From a virus (taxonomy: Duplodnaviria > Caudoviricetes): a DNA stretch of 64,000 nt. Every line of letters starts with the position of its first letter. Within the stretch, counting starts at the first letter, position 1. This document shows, piece after piece, positions 40,676 through 50,776 of the stretch. The position numbers were made by a program, and so were the translations under genes. Below the pieces are notes generated by a model. The model ran no database searches. It was not told where the DNA came from and was given only the letters and a program-made list of their open reading frames with translations. Location: IMG/VR virus record IMGVR_UViG_3300031555_004728, positions 211,513 through 275,512 of that record; one strand, 5' to 3'.

Positions 40676-42317
40676 GAAGAAAGATAACATGATGTTATTT
40701 GGAAAAGATTATTCAGAAGATGTGACATTTGAAGAGCAATGTAGATTAAATCTTATTGCTGAAAAACTTATGGCTGGTGAAAATGTTGATTTGGATTTTG
40801 ATGACAAAGAAAAAACAAAGAAAAAACATCCAGCTGATTTGTTAATCCCTAATACTGAATGTGCAATTGAAGAAGGTGTAAATCAAGGTGCACTTCAAGA
40901 TGTTTTTGTAAGATTAGGTATGACAAAAGATGATGAGGTTGGTTGTCAGGATGACAGCGACCTCAAACAATTAGCATCACAAATCGAAGACGGTTATGTT
41001 GCAGTCATGAATTATGATCAACCAGTTGAATCTGATGAAGATGATGAAGATGATTTGGATGATGGTATTTTTGGAGATAGATTCCAAGATCCAATATTTG
41101 ATGACCCTGATGACCCAGACGATCAAGATGATGACTTTAAAGAAGATGAGGATGAAAGTGAAATGTCAGTAACGCTTGATAGTAAGTTTAAACTTATTAG
41201 AAATGATAGTAACGACTTTGGAGATTTGATTTTGAATATTCCATGGGATAAAGAAAATAAGATATTCTTAAATATTGCAAATGCAAGAGAATTTATAGTT
41301 AACTATGAAGATTCAAAATTATTCCAACAAATGAAAGAAATGGCTGTTTTGGCTGCAGCTTTTATAGCAGGACCAATACTTGTAATTCCAGGTACAAGTA
41401 GAGAATTGAAGAAATTCATAAGTGAATGTCATTCATTTGATAAAAATAGAATATTCTTTGTAAGTAAAACAGATGATACAAGAAAAGATGAAGATGGAAA
41501 CCCAATTGTTCACTTCTTGGTGTATTATATAGATGAAGAAAGTGGAAACTTCATGGAAAGATATATTGATGAATATTCCATTGGTAGTAAAGATGAAAGT
41601 GAAGATGAAAAAGTTCATGCTGCACTTGATATTCTCTTTACACTATTCTTCAAAGCATGTTTCAGACTTGATAATAGATTTGCAGATTTAAATAACCTAG
41701 ATTCAATAATCTGGGAAAATAAGTCAAGTAGTAGTGAAATCGAATATGTATTTGACCTCATCAAGAGAGATAAAGATACAAAACTTGCTGAATCAGACTT
41801 TGCATCTTTCAATGAATTAGTTTTACCTATCGAAGCATTGATTCCTAGAAATAAAGAAGATATTGATACTGTTTTCGGTATGTTCCAAGTACTTCTTTCA
41901 TTATTCTTAGATGATGAAAAAGGAAAAGATCAACTTAGATTTGATGAAAGAAATATTCCTATCTTACCAGATAACTTTGGATTCGATGAAAATGGTCAAA
42001 GAATCAATGTTGAAGATAAACAAGAGGAATTTACTATAGAAGAACTTGTTAGTGATCGTGAAATGGTTGAGAGTGTTTCTTTAAAAGAAGAACAAGAAGT
42101 TGTGATTATGACAGGTTCAGCACATGTAGCAGCCCCTACAAAAGATGAAATTGTAAATCCGACTGTTGAAGATGAAAAAGGAGATGACGAAATCACTATC
42201 GATGAAATTGAGGGTGATGCTGATATCGAATTACCATTAGGAACAGTTTCAGATTCAGGAATCAAGAAATTAGATTCTGATGATGTAACAAGACCCCTTG
42301 TCATTGAAACAAAATAA
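40641..42317 (+). CDS. Large acidic hypothetical protein
   Basis: 558-aa D/E-rich ORF; likely start MGKKKNK. Confidence 0.75.
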   Translation: MRKMIMGKKKNKKKDNMMLFGKDYSEDVTFEEQCRLNLIAEKLMAGENVDLDFDDKEKTKKKHPADLLIPNTECAIEEGVNQGALQDVFVRLGMTKDDEVGCQDDSDLKQLASQIEDGYVAVMNYDQPVESDEDDEDDLDDGIFGDRFQDPIFDDPDDPDDQDDDFKEDEDESEMSVTLDSKFKLIRNDSNDFGDLILNIPWDKENKIFLNIANAREFIVNYEDSKLFQQMKEMAVLAAAFIAGPILVIPGTSRELKKFISECHSFDKNRIFFVSKTDDTRKDEDGNPIVHFLVYYIDEESGNFMERYIDEYSIGSKDESEDEKVHAALDILFTLFFKACFRLDNRFADLNNLDSIIWENKSSSSEIEYVFDLIKRDKDTKLAESDFASFNELVLPIEALIPRNKEDIDTVFGMFQVLLSLFLDDEKGKDQLRFDERNIPILPDNFGFDENGQRINVEDKQEEFTIEELVSDREMVESVSLKEEQEVVIMTGSAHVAAPTKDEIVNPTVEDEKGDDEITIDEIEGDADIELPLGTVSDSGIKKLDSDDVTRPLVIETK

Positions 42318-42383
42318 AAGAAATTGGGAGTAAATTTACTCCCTTTCTTTTTTATAAATATATCATTATATTGAGGTGATAGA

Positions 42384-43037
42384 ATGATTTATATAATGAA
42401 CACAAAAACTTTTATTAAAATTTTCTCAAAGGAAGACCCTAAGAGAATTGAAAAAACACAATTCGTTGTAATCTCAAAACGAATTAGAAAAACTGTCGAA
42501 GATCCGAATGTAATTTTCTGCTCAAAACTATTTCCATCTGATATGTTATTAGCAGATTACAGGATAGGAGTAGATGGATATTTCCAAGAAAAGTATAAAG
42601 AAGAAATTGAAAAATCTAAACTTACTTTAGCAGTTATTATTAAAGGTGCTATTGAAGAACGTATGCCAATTGTATTCTTATGTACTTTGAAAGAGTGGAA
42701 AGTTGGATATATGAAAATTCTTGCAGAATATATTATGGAAGAATTCGGATATCCAATTATAAATTACAAGAAATATAAAATTAAAAAAGAATTACCAAAG
42801 GAAATTAAACAACTTAATGAAAGAGCTATAATTGATAGATGTGATGAAGTCATTAAACAAGAAGAAAAGAAACGCAAAAAGAAACTTATGAAAACAAGAG
42901 GTGGAAGGTTAGAGCTTCTTAAATCTATGAGTACAGAAGAAATGAAAGCACAACTTAAAAAGATGGCTCTCTATTCAAATGGATTAGATAAACACACAAT
43001 GAGAGAATTATTGATGGAATTCTTTGTTGAAAGGTAA
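42384..43037 (+). CDS. Hypothetical protein (weak DUF488-like similarity)
   Basis: LFPS..LL, F.EKY.EEI, IVFLC...E motifs; GAGGTG RBS. Confidence 0.55.
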   Translation: MIYIMNTKTFIKIFSKEDPKRIEKTQFVVISKRIRKTVEDPNVIFCSKLFPSDMLLADYRIGVDGYFQEKYKEEIEKSKLTLAVIIKGAIEERMPIVFLCTLKEWKVGYMKILAEYIMEEFGYPIINYKKYKIKKELPKEIKQLNERAIIDRCDEVIKQEEKKRKKKLMKTRGGRLELLKSMSTEEMKAQLKKMALYSNGLDKHTMRELLMEFFVER

Positions 43038-43042
43038 TTAAT

Positions 43043-43804
43043 ATGTTACCAAGTAATTTTAATGAAAAATCAAATTACACAAACCAAAATATACTCTATT
43101 TATTCAATAGATTAATCTATGAATATGATATTCATTCAGCAGATATAAATCTTTGTAGATATTATAATATTTTACCTAAGGAAACAATTGAGAAGATATC
43201 AAATCTTGATAAGATGAGACGTGTTGTTAAAATTGGTAAACTTCAAAAAGAAAAAGAGTTTAGAGATAAACTTAAAAAAGCTTTTGAAGATATAAGAAAA
43301 GAATTTTATGATTCTAATAAATTAGATATTAATGATATTCTTGCTGTTAAAAAGGATGCTATTTTTACAACAACTTCGTGTGGTTCTGTTGTATTTGGAC
43401 CTGTTGAATTTCAAGTAAAAAATATTTACACATCATATATCCAATTACCAAATAGGATTGAAATATATTATAATAGTAATGGGAAATGTGATATAAAAGG
43501 AATTGATGATGAGGTGGTTAAACTTCATAATGACGGTATTATGAAAGTTATTATTAATTTCTTTAAAAAGATGGAGACTGGTAGTACAATGGATGTACTT
43601 AAATACCTAAATAGAGTTTCTACATCATATAAACTTCGAGAATTACCGTTAGAATACTATAGAGAATTTAATAATAATTCCAAATATACAATAACTGGTT
43701 CAGAAGATACATATGATGAGTTTTGGGAAGAAAGTAAAGATGAACTGAATATTATGTATAATTTCATTAATGTGTTAATTCCATTGGTTAAAATTCCATT
43801 ATAG
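43043..43804 (+). CDS. Small family-B-polymerase-palm-like protein
   Basis: IYEYDIHSA (motif A-like), ILAVKKDAIF (motif C-like), DIKGI. Confidence 0.5.
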   Translation: MLPSNFNEKSNYTNQNILYLFNRLIYEYDIHSADINLCRYYNILPKETIEKISNLDKMRRVVKIGKLQKEKEFRDKLKKAFEDIRKEFYDSNKLDINDILAVKKDAIFTTTSCGSVVFGPVEFQVKNIYTSYIQLPNRIEIYYNSNGKCDIKGIDDEVVKLHNDGIMKVIINFFKKMETGSTMDVLKYLNRVSTSYKLRELPLEYYREFNNNSKYTITGSEDTYDEFWEESKDELNIMYNFINVLIPLVKIPL

Positions 43805-43839
43805 ATATCCGATATGATAAAAATCATATCGGATATTTT

Positions 43840-44403
43840 TTATAATAATATTGAATTATTATGGTCAGTTACAATCTTGAGCATAATATTTAATGATTGA
43901 CCAATTATATATTGCATAATATATGTAGAGTTGAATATCAGTCTATTTTTTAATAATAAATCTGTATTTAATCCAGTAAATACAGCTTCTGATACTTTTT
44001 TTACATCTTCGTCAATATTTATAATTTCATATTTTTGTTGTAAAGTCAAAGGTGCTCTAAGTGCAGAATATACTTCACTCATAATCATATTATCAATCAT
44101 TGTTTTAACTTTTTCTGAAGCTAAAATTTCATCCATAATAAGTGCTTCACTATCTAAAATATGATCATCAAGATATAATTTATATCTTTCTATTCTTCTA
44201 ATATATTTAGATTTCTCAGTTTCAGGAAGTTCTTGAAGTTTCTTAAGTTTTTTATTGATTGAATCAATTATATATGGAGAGATAAGATTTTCTAAATAAC
44301 TCTCATATACATAACGAATTAAATTAATAAATAAAACTACTACTCCAAAGATTCCAAGAATTAATCCCATAATAATTAATATGGTAAATAGTGTAGATTT
44401 CAT
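43840..44403 (-). CDS. Hypothetical membrane-anchored protein
   Basis: N-terminal TM helix; AGGAGG RBS. Confidence 0.7.
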   Translation of the reverse strand: MKSTLFTILIIMGLILGIFGVVVLFINLIRYVYESYLENLISPYIIDSINKKLKKLQELPETEKSKYIRRIERYKLYLDDHILDSEALIMDEILASEKVKTMIDNMIMSEVYSALRAPLTLQQKYEIINIDEDVKKVSEAVFTGLNTDLLLKNRLIFNSTYIMQYIIGQSLNIMLKIVTDHNNSILL

Positions 44404-44506
44404 AATCCAACCTCCTAATTTTATTTTATTAAAAATAGTGTGCTAGAATTTATAAGTTTTTAAATGATGTAATATTTTAATATAAATAATAAGGAGGTAT
44501 TTAAAT

Positions 44507-44794
44507 ATGTTAGATAATGAATTTAAAGTTAGACTTGAAGCAGATACAGGAATTTGTGTTTGCCTTGGAATTGTTGCTATAGGAATTGTATCATGTGTTA
44601 TATCAAATCAGGTAAACAGATCGAAAAGAGATGTTAGATTTAAAGAGATTGAATATGATTTAAGAAAAAGACATGCAAACTCTGTAACACGTAAATCTCA
44701 ACTATCTACAGAAGGTTTCAAAGAATACGTTCAAAAAGAAATAGAACGTATTGAAAAAGAGGTTAAAGAAAAAATTAAAGAAGAAGATGAATAA
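44507..44794 (+). CDS. Small membrane protein
   Basis: AAGGAGG RBS; hydrophobic segment. Confidence 0.7.
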   Translation: MLDNEFKVRLEADTGICVCLGIVAIGIVSCVISNQVNRSKRDVRFKEIEYDLRKRHANSVTRKSQLSTEGFKEYVQKEIERIEKEVKEKIKEEDE

Positions 44795-44809
44795 TCATCT
44801 TCTTCTTTT

Positions 44810-45451
44810 TTATTCCCATAATTTATGATTAAGTTCCAATGTTCCATAATCAGTAGAATCTGATATTAAAGCTCTATCAAAATATCTATTAAATTTATCT
44901 CTTAAATCCGGACCAATTGCAGCTGCATATTTTTTTGTAAAATTATGCAAATTTCCAAATGCTTGTGATGGATTTATAAAAATATTTCTATTGTGAACTT
45001 GTTCATGAATTGATGCTGAAAGCATTACAACTTGAATATTATTTTCTTCATGTTCAGTTAATACTTGGTCAGCAATTCTAAACGTTGTTATTTTCAATCC
45101 ATTCATTAAAAAATACTCTAATACAATAGCACAATAATCATATAATGTGAATATCGGTCCATGATGCATTTCAATTTCAGCATCTTTATCATCGATATTT
45201 TTTAATACTTGGCAATGGTCTAATTTAACTTCAGATTTTAAATAGAATTTATATTTACTATATCTATCAGATGATCTAACTAATTTCTCAACAGCTTTTA
45301 AAAATTTCTGATGAGAATCTAAATTAGAAAAGTAACTATCATCTTTATAAAATGGGATTGTGTATAATGCCCTTTTAGAGTCTACAAAAGGTATGACACT
45401 TCTGTCCTCTGAATTTTCGGCATATTCGATATCAGGTAAATTTTTTGGCAT
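44810..45451 (-). CDS. HNH-like fold hypothetical protein, paralogue of 37582..38256 (start reassigned to MPKNLP)
   Basis: FLKAVEKLVRSS.RY, IEMHHGPIFTLYD, MLSASIHEQVH; AGGAGG RBS; AACA-N6-TA at 45472-45483. Confidence 0.65.
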   Translation of the reverse strand: MPKNLPDIEYAENSEDRSVIPFVDSKRALYTIPFYKDDSYFSNLDSHQKFLKAVEKLVRSSDRYSKYKFYLKSEVKLDHCQVLKNIDDKDAEIEMHHGPIFTLYDYCAIVLEYFLMNGLKITTFRIADQVLTEHEENNIQVVMLSASIHEQVHNRNIFINPSQAFGNLHNFTKKYAAAIGPDLRDKFNRYFDRALISDSTDYGTLELNHKLWE

Positions 45452-45497
45452 AATTCCACCTCCTAATTTCTTAATCATCTGTTTTAGATTACCTTAT

Positions 45498-45723
45498 AAA
45501 AAATAACCAGTAACGTGAGTTTCACCATTATAACTCACGTTACCTTCTTAGTTATTATACTGGAATGGTATTTTAAAAAGCATTCTATCTGAATGCTATT
45601 GTTGTTAAGTACGAACTCTAATAAGGAGATTCAAAAGCCATGAAAATCAAAATAAACCAAATACTTTGAAAAGAAACAGACTTAATGAAAAAAATGTTTG
45701 CAGTTAGTATGAATTCCAGTATT
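45498..45723 (-). ncRNA. Candidate small RNA (about 225 nt)
   Basis: AACA-N6-TA at 45723-45734 (minus); closing stem ATACTGGAAT/ATTCCAGTAT; 12-bp hairpin GTAACGTGAGTT/AACTCACGTTAC followed by a U-run on the minus strand. Confidence 0.5.
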
Positions 45724-45792
45724 AAATTTCTGTTTTTTAAATTAAAAGTAAAAGCACATTATTCTAAGTAATTAAAGAAAGGACTGAGAAAT

Positions 45793-48700
45793 ATGTCTAT
45801 TAATAAAGAGGCGGAACTTAATCCTTTATCTCAATTATATGATGAACTAAATACTATCCTTTCTGGTCTTGTTGTAAAATTTAGTGTTGAAGCTGATAAA
45901 TATGAAACTTTCGAAACTAAAAAATATAGTGACGAATATATTGCAGCTATAAATAAAAGAGATACATATGGCTACTTCAATTATACAGTTGATGAATATA
46001 ATGCTGTTGGAGTTTATGATAGTTTTACAATCAGTAAGTATCAGAATGGAGAAATTCCAGTTCCTTCTCATATAGAAGATAAATTACTCGTTAATAGAAG
46101 AGAAAGTATTATTAGTAGTTATGATGAACCAAATGATTATTATAGAATATTAAATGGTTTACCACCAAAAACTACAAAAGGAGGTCTAATAGTAACTGAC
46201 CTTCTTAACACATCATTACTGGTTGTTCCAGATAATGATTTTGAATTGCAAAATGATCCTACCAGTAAGAGAATAAGTGAAAGTTCAGCATATGTTATTA
46301 TGGGTAATAACTTATTTAGTTCTGGTAATTATATACACATATCAAGTGCAATAATTCAAACTGAAAAATCATCATACTCAAGATCATTTCTTATAGTACC
46401 AGATGATTTCCCTATATCTAAATCTGATAAAGTTGTATTTTTAAGAGATGTAAAAAGCATTTTTACTAATCTTGAAAAGACTGATATTGATTTTGATACA
46501 TTAGTAGGAAATTATATTCATATTAATCTGAATAATGCTATTGATGTTACATCTTACTATAGAAATAGTTTTCTTGTAGTTGATGATTCTTATGAATTGT
46601 ATGATACAGATACAATGATAAAACTTAGTGAAGCTAAGTTGAATAATAATAAAGCAGTTATTGGTGATAAATTAACTCTTGGGGAATATTATTTTATTAA
46701 TGATGAATTGAGTGAAATGTATGGAATTTCAAAGAAAGTTCCATTACATAGAATAAAAGAAGTTTATGGTAATAAATTTGTTACTATATTAGAATCATCT
46801 GGGTATTTAGATAAACTTATTGAAAATAACCCGAAAGATGAATATCTAAAACATATAGGTTCAAAACAAATTGATGTTATAAAAGCAAGGAATGCTAAAA
46901 ACTTCGATATTCTATATATGCCTAATTGTAATAGGGAAATTATTCAATGGGTATTTTCAGTATCATATTCTGCAGCAAGAGATTACTTTGTCAATACTGT
47001 ATATAATTATTATTACAGACAGATTTATGACTACTATGATAACTTTATTGGATTAGCGATAGTTCAAATGGCTATAACACAAACTATTGCTAAAGCTATG
47101 AAGACTGCAATAGATAGAGATTTTTATGATGAAAATATGGTTAAGATGCTTTTTGAAATGTATAATGTACCATATTATCCAAACTTACCATATCAAACAC
47201 AAAGAAGGTTGGTTAAAAATCTCAATTACTTGATTCAGAATAAAGCCACTACAAAAGTTATCTATGATATTGCATCCATTTTAGGATATCATGATATTAG
47301 TGTATATAAATACTACCTTGTTAAAGAACGTAAATTTGATTCTGATGGAAATCTTATTTATAAAGACACTACAAAAGTTGAACCTACTATGAATATAGAT
47401 GGTTCTATTACAGAATCAGAAGTAGTAATCAATGACCTTGAAAAGATGTATGACTTATATCTACAAAAAGTTGGTATTGACGAAACTAACTTCCAAGTAG
47501 CACTAACAGATGAATCTAAACGTGTTGACTACGATTCTGTTACAAGGGAAGACCCATTATGGTGGGATGATGAAGAAACTTTTGAAGAGGTATATGGAGA
47601 TTATACAAAGTATACATCTGATTCAGAACAAGAAGTTTGTCTTCGTCATTATAATTATAGAGAAACTAAATACTTAGGAGTATCTATTAGTTACAAGATG
47701 TCAGAAGTATTATATGAAAATATTCTTCTACTGAGATTGCTTTTTGATAAGAAAGATGAAATCTCAGATATTTATGTAACTTTACCAAAAATTACAGGTA
47801 CAACAGAAATTTCATTATTTGAAACTATTGTATATTTGTGTGCTTTAATTTCAAAGCAATATAAACTTACAGGTGAAATTTTAACAAGATATTCATCTGT
47901 AATGGATGTAATGGGATATATCACAGAAGATGTTGATGGGTATAGACCTTGTGATACATTAGTATTTAATTTTGATTTACTTACTAATGCTGAAACATAC
48001 AAACAAATTACAGAAAAACCATCTAGATATTTGAAACCAGATGAAAGAGAATTATTTGATAAATACTTATCAGTACTTACAATAGACCAATCTACTGTAT
48101 CTGAAAAAGTAACTGCGATAAATGAAATGTTTATAAACATAAAAGGTCTTGGTTATTTTATAGGTAGAAAAATGTCTGAAGCTGATAATTTATTTGAATA
48201 TCGAGCATGGAAAGATTTCTATGAAGCATTATTTATTGGTCAAGAAAATGCTAGTATGTTTAATATTGGTAATACTGGAGAAACTGCAAAAACATATTTA
48301 GAATATCTTCAGTATATGAGTCCAATGTTATATCAGACATTATCTGATTTGGACGATACTCATATTTATACATATATTGATCATACAATATCAAGACTTG
48401 AGACTGTAGTTCATGATTTGAGAACTTTATATACAGTTAATGATAGTAATTCAGCTATTTTGGATTACTTAATCAAACTCATTAAATTCTTTAAATCATA
48501 TACAACAGATTTGATTGATGTTACAACAGAATATATTTTTGATATGCGTCCAGATAACTTGTTTAAACTTGTAGAGTATTACAAATTACATCAAGTGATA
48601 ATGACTAAAGATGCATACAAACTTATGTATTCAGATACTGCAAAGATTATTGAAACTACTAAAGAAATAGATGCTAGTAAGTATGAAGATATTATTATGC

Positions 48701-49584
48701 TTATGAAACAAAGTATGAACGTTTCTGATGTTCATTCTTTAAGTACTATAAATTGTAGCAACTGTAAGAATTTCAATAATTGTAGATATTTCTGTCATAA
48801 TGATAAAGCTAATTGTGATGGAACTTATAGAGTTGGAACTGAATATTATCCATGTGAATTTTATGGATATAACACAGAATATTTTTATAATTACATTTGT
48901 AAATATAGAGACCTACTCATTACAATCGATACTGGAAATTATGCAGATTTATCATGTGCTATTAAATCCCATTTAAAACAAGCATACTCATTCTATAAAG
49001 TAGTAAGCGATTATAATGTATTTAGTGGTGAAGAATTTAGTTATCATTCTGATAAAATGAAAGAAAATTTATTTGAATCATTGGATAAGATAAATGAATT
49101 ACTTGTAAAATATGATAATGATATTGCTGAAATTTCAGATGCTGGTGTTAATGGAATTATTGAATGGATAGATTTATTAACAAGTCCAGATAGTGATATA
49201 GAAAAAGTATGTTTAAATAAGAGATTTCCTTGTAGAAATTCTGAATGCGAACATAAGGAAATTTCAGAACATACCAAATTTGAAGAGACCTTATATCATA
49301 ATGAAGTCCCTAACACAATTGAAATATTAGACTTCTATTCAACTGTATGGTTTAATGATGGAAAAATTTTACCTAGAGATGAAATAGTAAAAGTTATTCA
49401 GAATATTGGAATTACAGACAGTTCTAAATTATTAGTATCTGAATTAACTAAACAAAAAATAGTTTTAGATTTGGATAGTGATATGATAGAATTTATTGAT
49501 TTATTAATGGATTTCGATAGAACTGATGTAAATAATGACAAATTGTCATTTATTGAATATTTAAGAATGTACGAAGAAGTCTAA
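45793..49584 (+). CDS. Large virion structural protein, probable baseplate wedge
   Basis: 1263 aa; Y.E.N.YYR.L.GLP, LVKNLNYLIQNKAT, D.LWW and LIKFFKSYT.D blocks recalled from jumbo-phage baseplate proteins. Confidence 0.6.
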   Translation: MSINKEAELNPLSQLYDELNTILSGLVVKFSVEADKYETFETKKYSDEYIAAINKRDTYGYFNYTVDEYNAVGVYDSFTISKYQNGEIPVPSHIEDKLLVNRRESIISSYDEPNDYYRILNGLPPKTTKGGLIVTDLLNTSLLVVPDNDFELQNDPTSKRISESSAYVIMGNNLFSSGNYIHISSAIIQTEKSSYSRSFLIVPDDFPISKSDKVVFLRDVKSIFTNLEKTDIDFDTLVGNYIHINLNNAIDVTSYYRNSFLVVDDSYELYDTDTMIKLSEAKLNNNKAVIGDKLTLGEYYFINDELSEMYGISKKVPLHRIKEVYGNKFVTILESSGYLDKLIENNPKDEYLKHIGSKQIDVIKARNAKNFDILYMPNCNREIIQWVFSVSYSAARDYFVNTVYNYYYRQIYDYYDNFIGLAIVQMAITQTIAKAMKTAIDRDFYDENMVKMLFEMYNVPYYPNLPYQTQRRLVKNLNYLIQNKATTKVIYDIASILGYHDISVYKYYLVKERKFDSDGNLIYKDTTKVEPTMNIDGSITESEVVINDLEKMYDLYLQKVGIDETNFQVALTDESKRVDYDSVTREDPLWWDDEETFEEVYGDYTKYTSDSEQEVCLRHYNYRETKYLGVSISYKMSEVLYENILLLRLLFDKKDEISDIYVTLPKITGTTEISLFETIVYLCALISKQYKLTGEILTRYSSVMDVMGYITEDVDGYRPCDTLVFNFDLLTNAETYKQITEKPSRYLKPDERELFDKYLSVLTIDQSTVSEKVTAINEMFINIKGLGYFIGRKMSEADNLFEYRAWKDFYEALFIGQENASMFNIGNTGETAKTYLEYLQYMSPMLYQTLSDLDDTHIYTYIDHTISRLETVVHDLRTLYTVNDSNSAILDYLIKLIKFFKSYTTDLIDVTTEYIFDMRPDNLFKLVEYYKLHQVIMTKDAYKLMYSDTAKIIETTKEIDASKYEDIIMLMKQSMNVSDVHSLSTINCSNCKNFNNCRYFCHNDKANCDGTYRVGTEYYPCEFYGYNTEYFYNYICKYRDLLITIDTGNYADLSCAIKSHLKQAYSFYKVVSDYNVFSGEEFSYHSDKMKENLFESLDKINELLVKYDNDIAEISDAGVNGIIEWIDLLTSPDSDIEKVCLNKRFPCRNSECEHKEISEHTKFEETLYHNEVPNTIEILDFYSTVWFNDGKILPRDEIVKVIQNIGITDSSKLLVSELTKQKIVLDLDSDMIEFIDLLMDFDRTDVNNDKLSFIEYLRMYEEV

Positions 49585-49632
49585 GTTAATTATTATAGAA
49601 AAACAATTATATTAATTGAGAATTGAAGAAAG

Positions 49633-50649
49633 GTGGAAAAAACCATGTCTAATTTAAAATTGACTGAAAAAGCAGGCTATAATGATATGATCGTTAAAAT
49701 GCCTGAACTCCATAGATCTGGTATTTACCAGAGAACATCTATCATGGGTGGTTATGGGTTTACCCGTGATGCAAATGGAATTTCTTCATTAAAAGAAACA
49801 ACGTTTTCAGAGAGCAATATGATTCCAATCGGCGGATGCCAATATTCATTTGAACAACTTTTTGGTGTTAAAGGACCTTTGACAGTTCCTACATTATATG
49901 AAGTTTCAGGAAATACAATTGGTTTACCGGACGTATCAATGCTTGACTATAAAGCAAATGGTGAAGAAATAGATTACTATGTACCTGCACTTAATGGCGA
50001 AGAAAATACAAAAGAAATCGTTCATCCACATGGTGAATATGTATGTCTTTTTGGTGTAGGTTTAACAGGTTCAGCTGTAAACGTTCTTACAAAACCACCA
50101 GTTGATTATAAAGAATACTCTATCCAAGAAAGTCTTGGAACAGAAGATGGTTCTCAAATGACTGGTATTATGGTACCATTTAGATTTACAGCAAATCAAT
50201 TGTCTGACACAGACAGAATAAAATATTTTGGTAAAACTGGTGAATGGACAGCATCAAATGTAGATAATATCGGATATTATCTGAAGAGATTTGAAAATGA
50301 TCCAATTATCAAAAACTTCTGGAAAGCTGCATCAGATGAAACAGAAAGTACAAATGAAGTATCTCAAAATGAATACTTCCCAAGAGTAAATACTGTAAAT
50401 TCATCTACAATTGAAAGCTATACAGAACTCGTTCTTAAGATAACACCAAATGATATCAAAGAATGGTTTGATGCTACATCAAATATTGATGAAACACGTA
50501 TCAACACAATTGCGTTATTTACAGGTAGATATAACAAACTCAAAGATGACTATGAAAATGTAAGATTGTTCTCAAAACTTACATTCCAAGTTAACAACCT
50601 GTCATTAACTAAAGATTTTGTAATTATTTACAGAATTTATAGTTCATAA
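49633..50649 (+). CDS. Virion structural protein (baseplate/tail-fibre attachment type)
   Basis: N.I..GG, CLFGVG..G, PFR, YYLK.F, RINTIALFTG, RLFSKL.F.....K...I.YRIY. Confidence 0.6.
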   Translation: MEKTMSNLKLTEKAGYNDMIVKMPELHRSGIYQRTSIMGGYGFTRDANGISSLKETTFSESNMIPIGGCQYSFEQLFGVKGPLTVPTLYEVSGNTIGLPDVSMLDYKANGEEIDYYVPALNGEENTKEIVHPHGEYVCLFGVGLTGSAVNVLTKPPVDYKEYSIQESLGTEDGSQMTGIMVPFRFTANQLSDTDRIKYFGKTGEWTASNVDNIGYYLKRFENDPIIKNFWKAASDETESTNEVSQNEYFPRVNTVNSSTIESYTELVLKITPNDIKEWFDATSNIDETRINTIALFTGRYNKLKDDYENVRLFSKLTFQVNNLSLTKDFVIIYRIYSS

Positions 50650-50776
50650 GCAAATATAGACTGAAGTGTAGATTTTTATGGATTTCTACACTTCAGTAAT
50701 ATATTATTTTTTTAGACTCGTGAATAATTAAATTCATTAGTCTAATGATATTTTACATAGAAAGGAGATTTAACAG

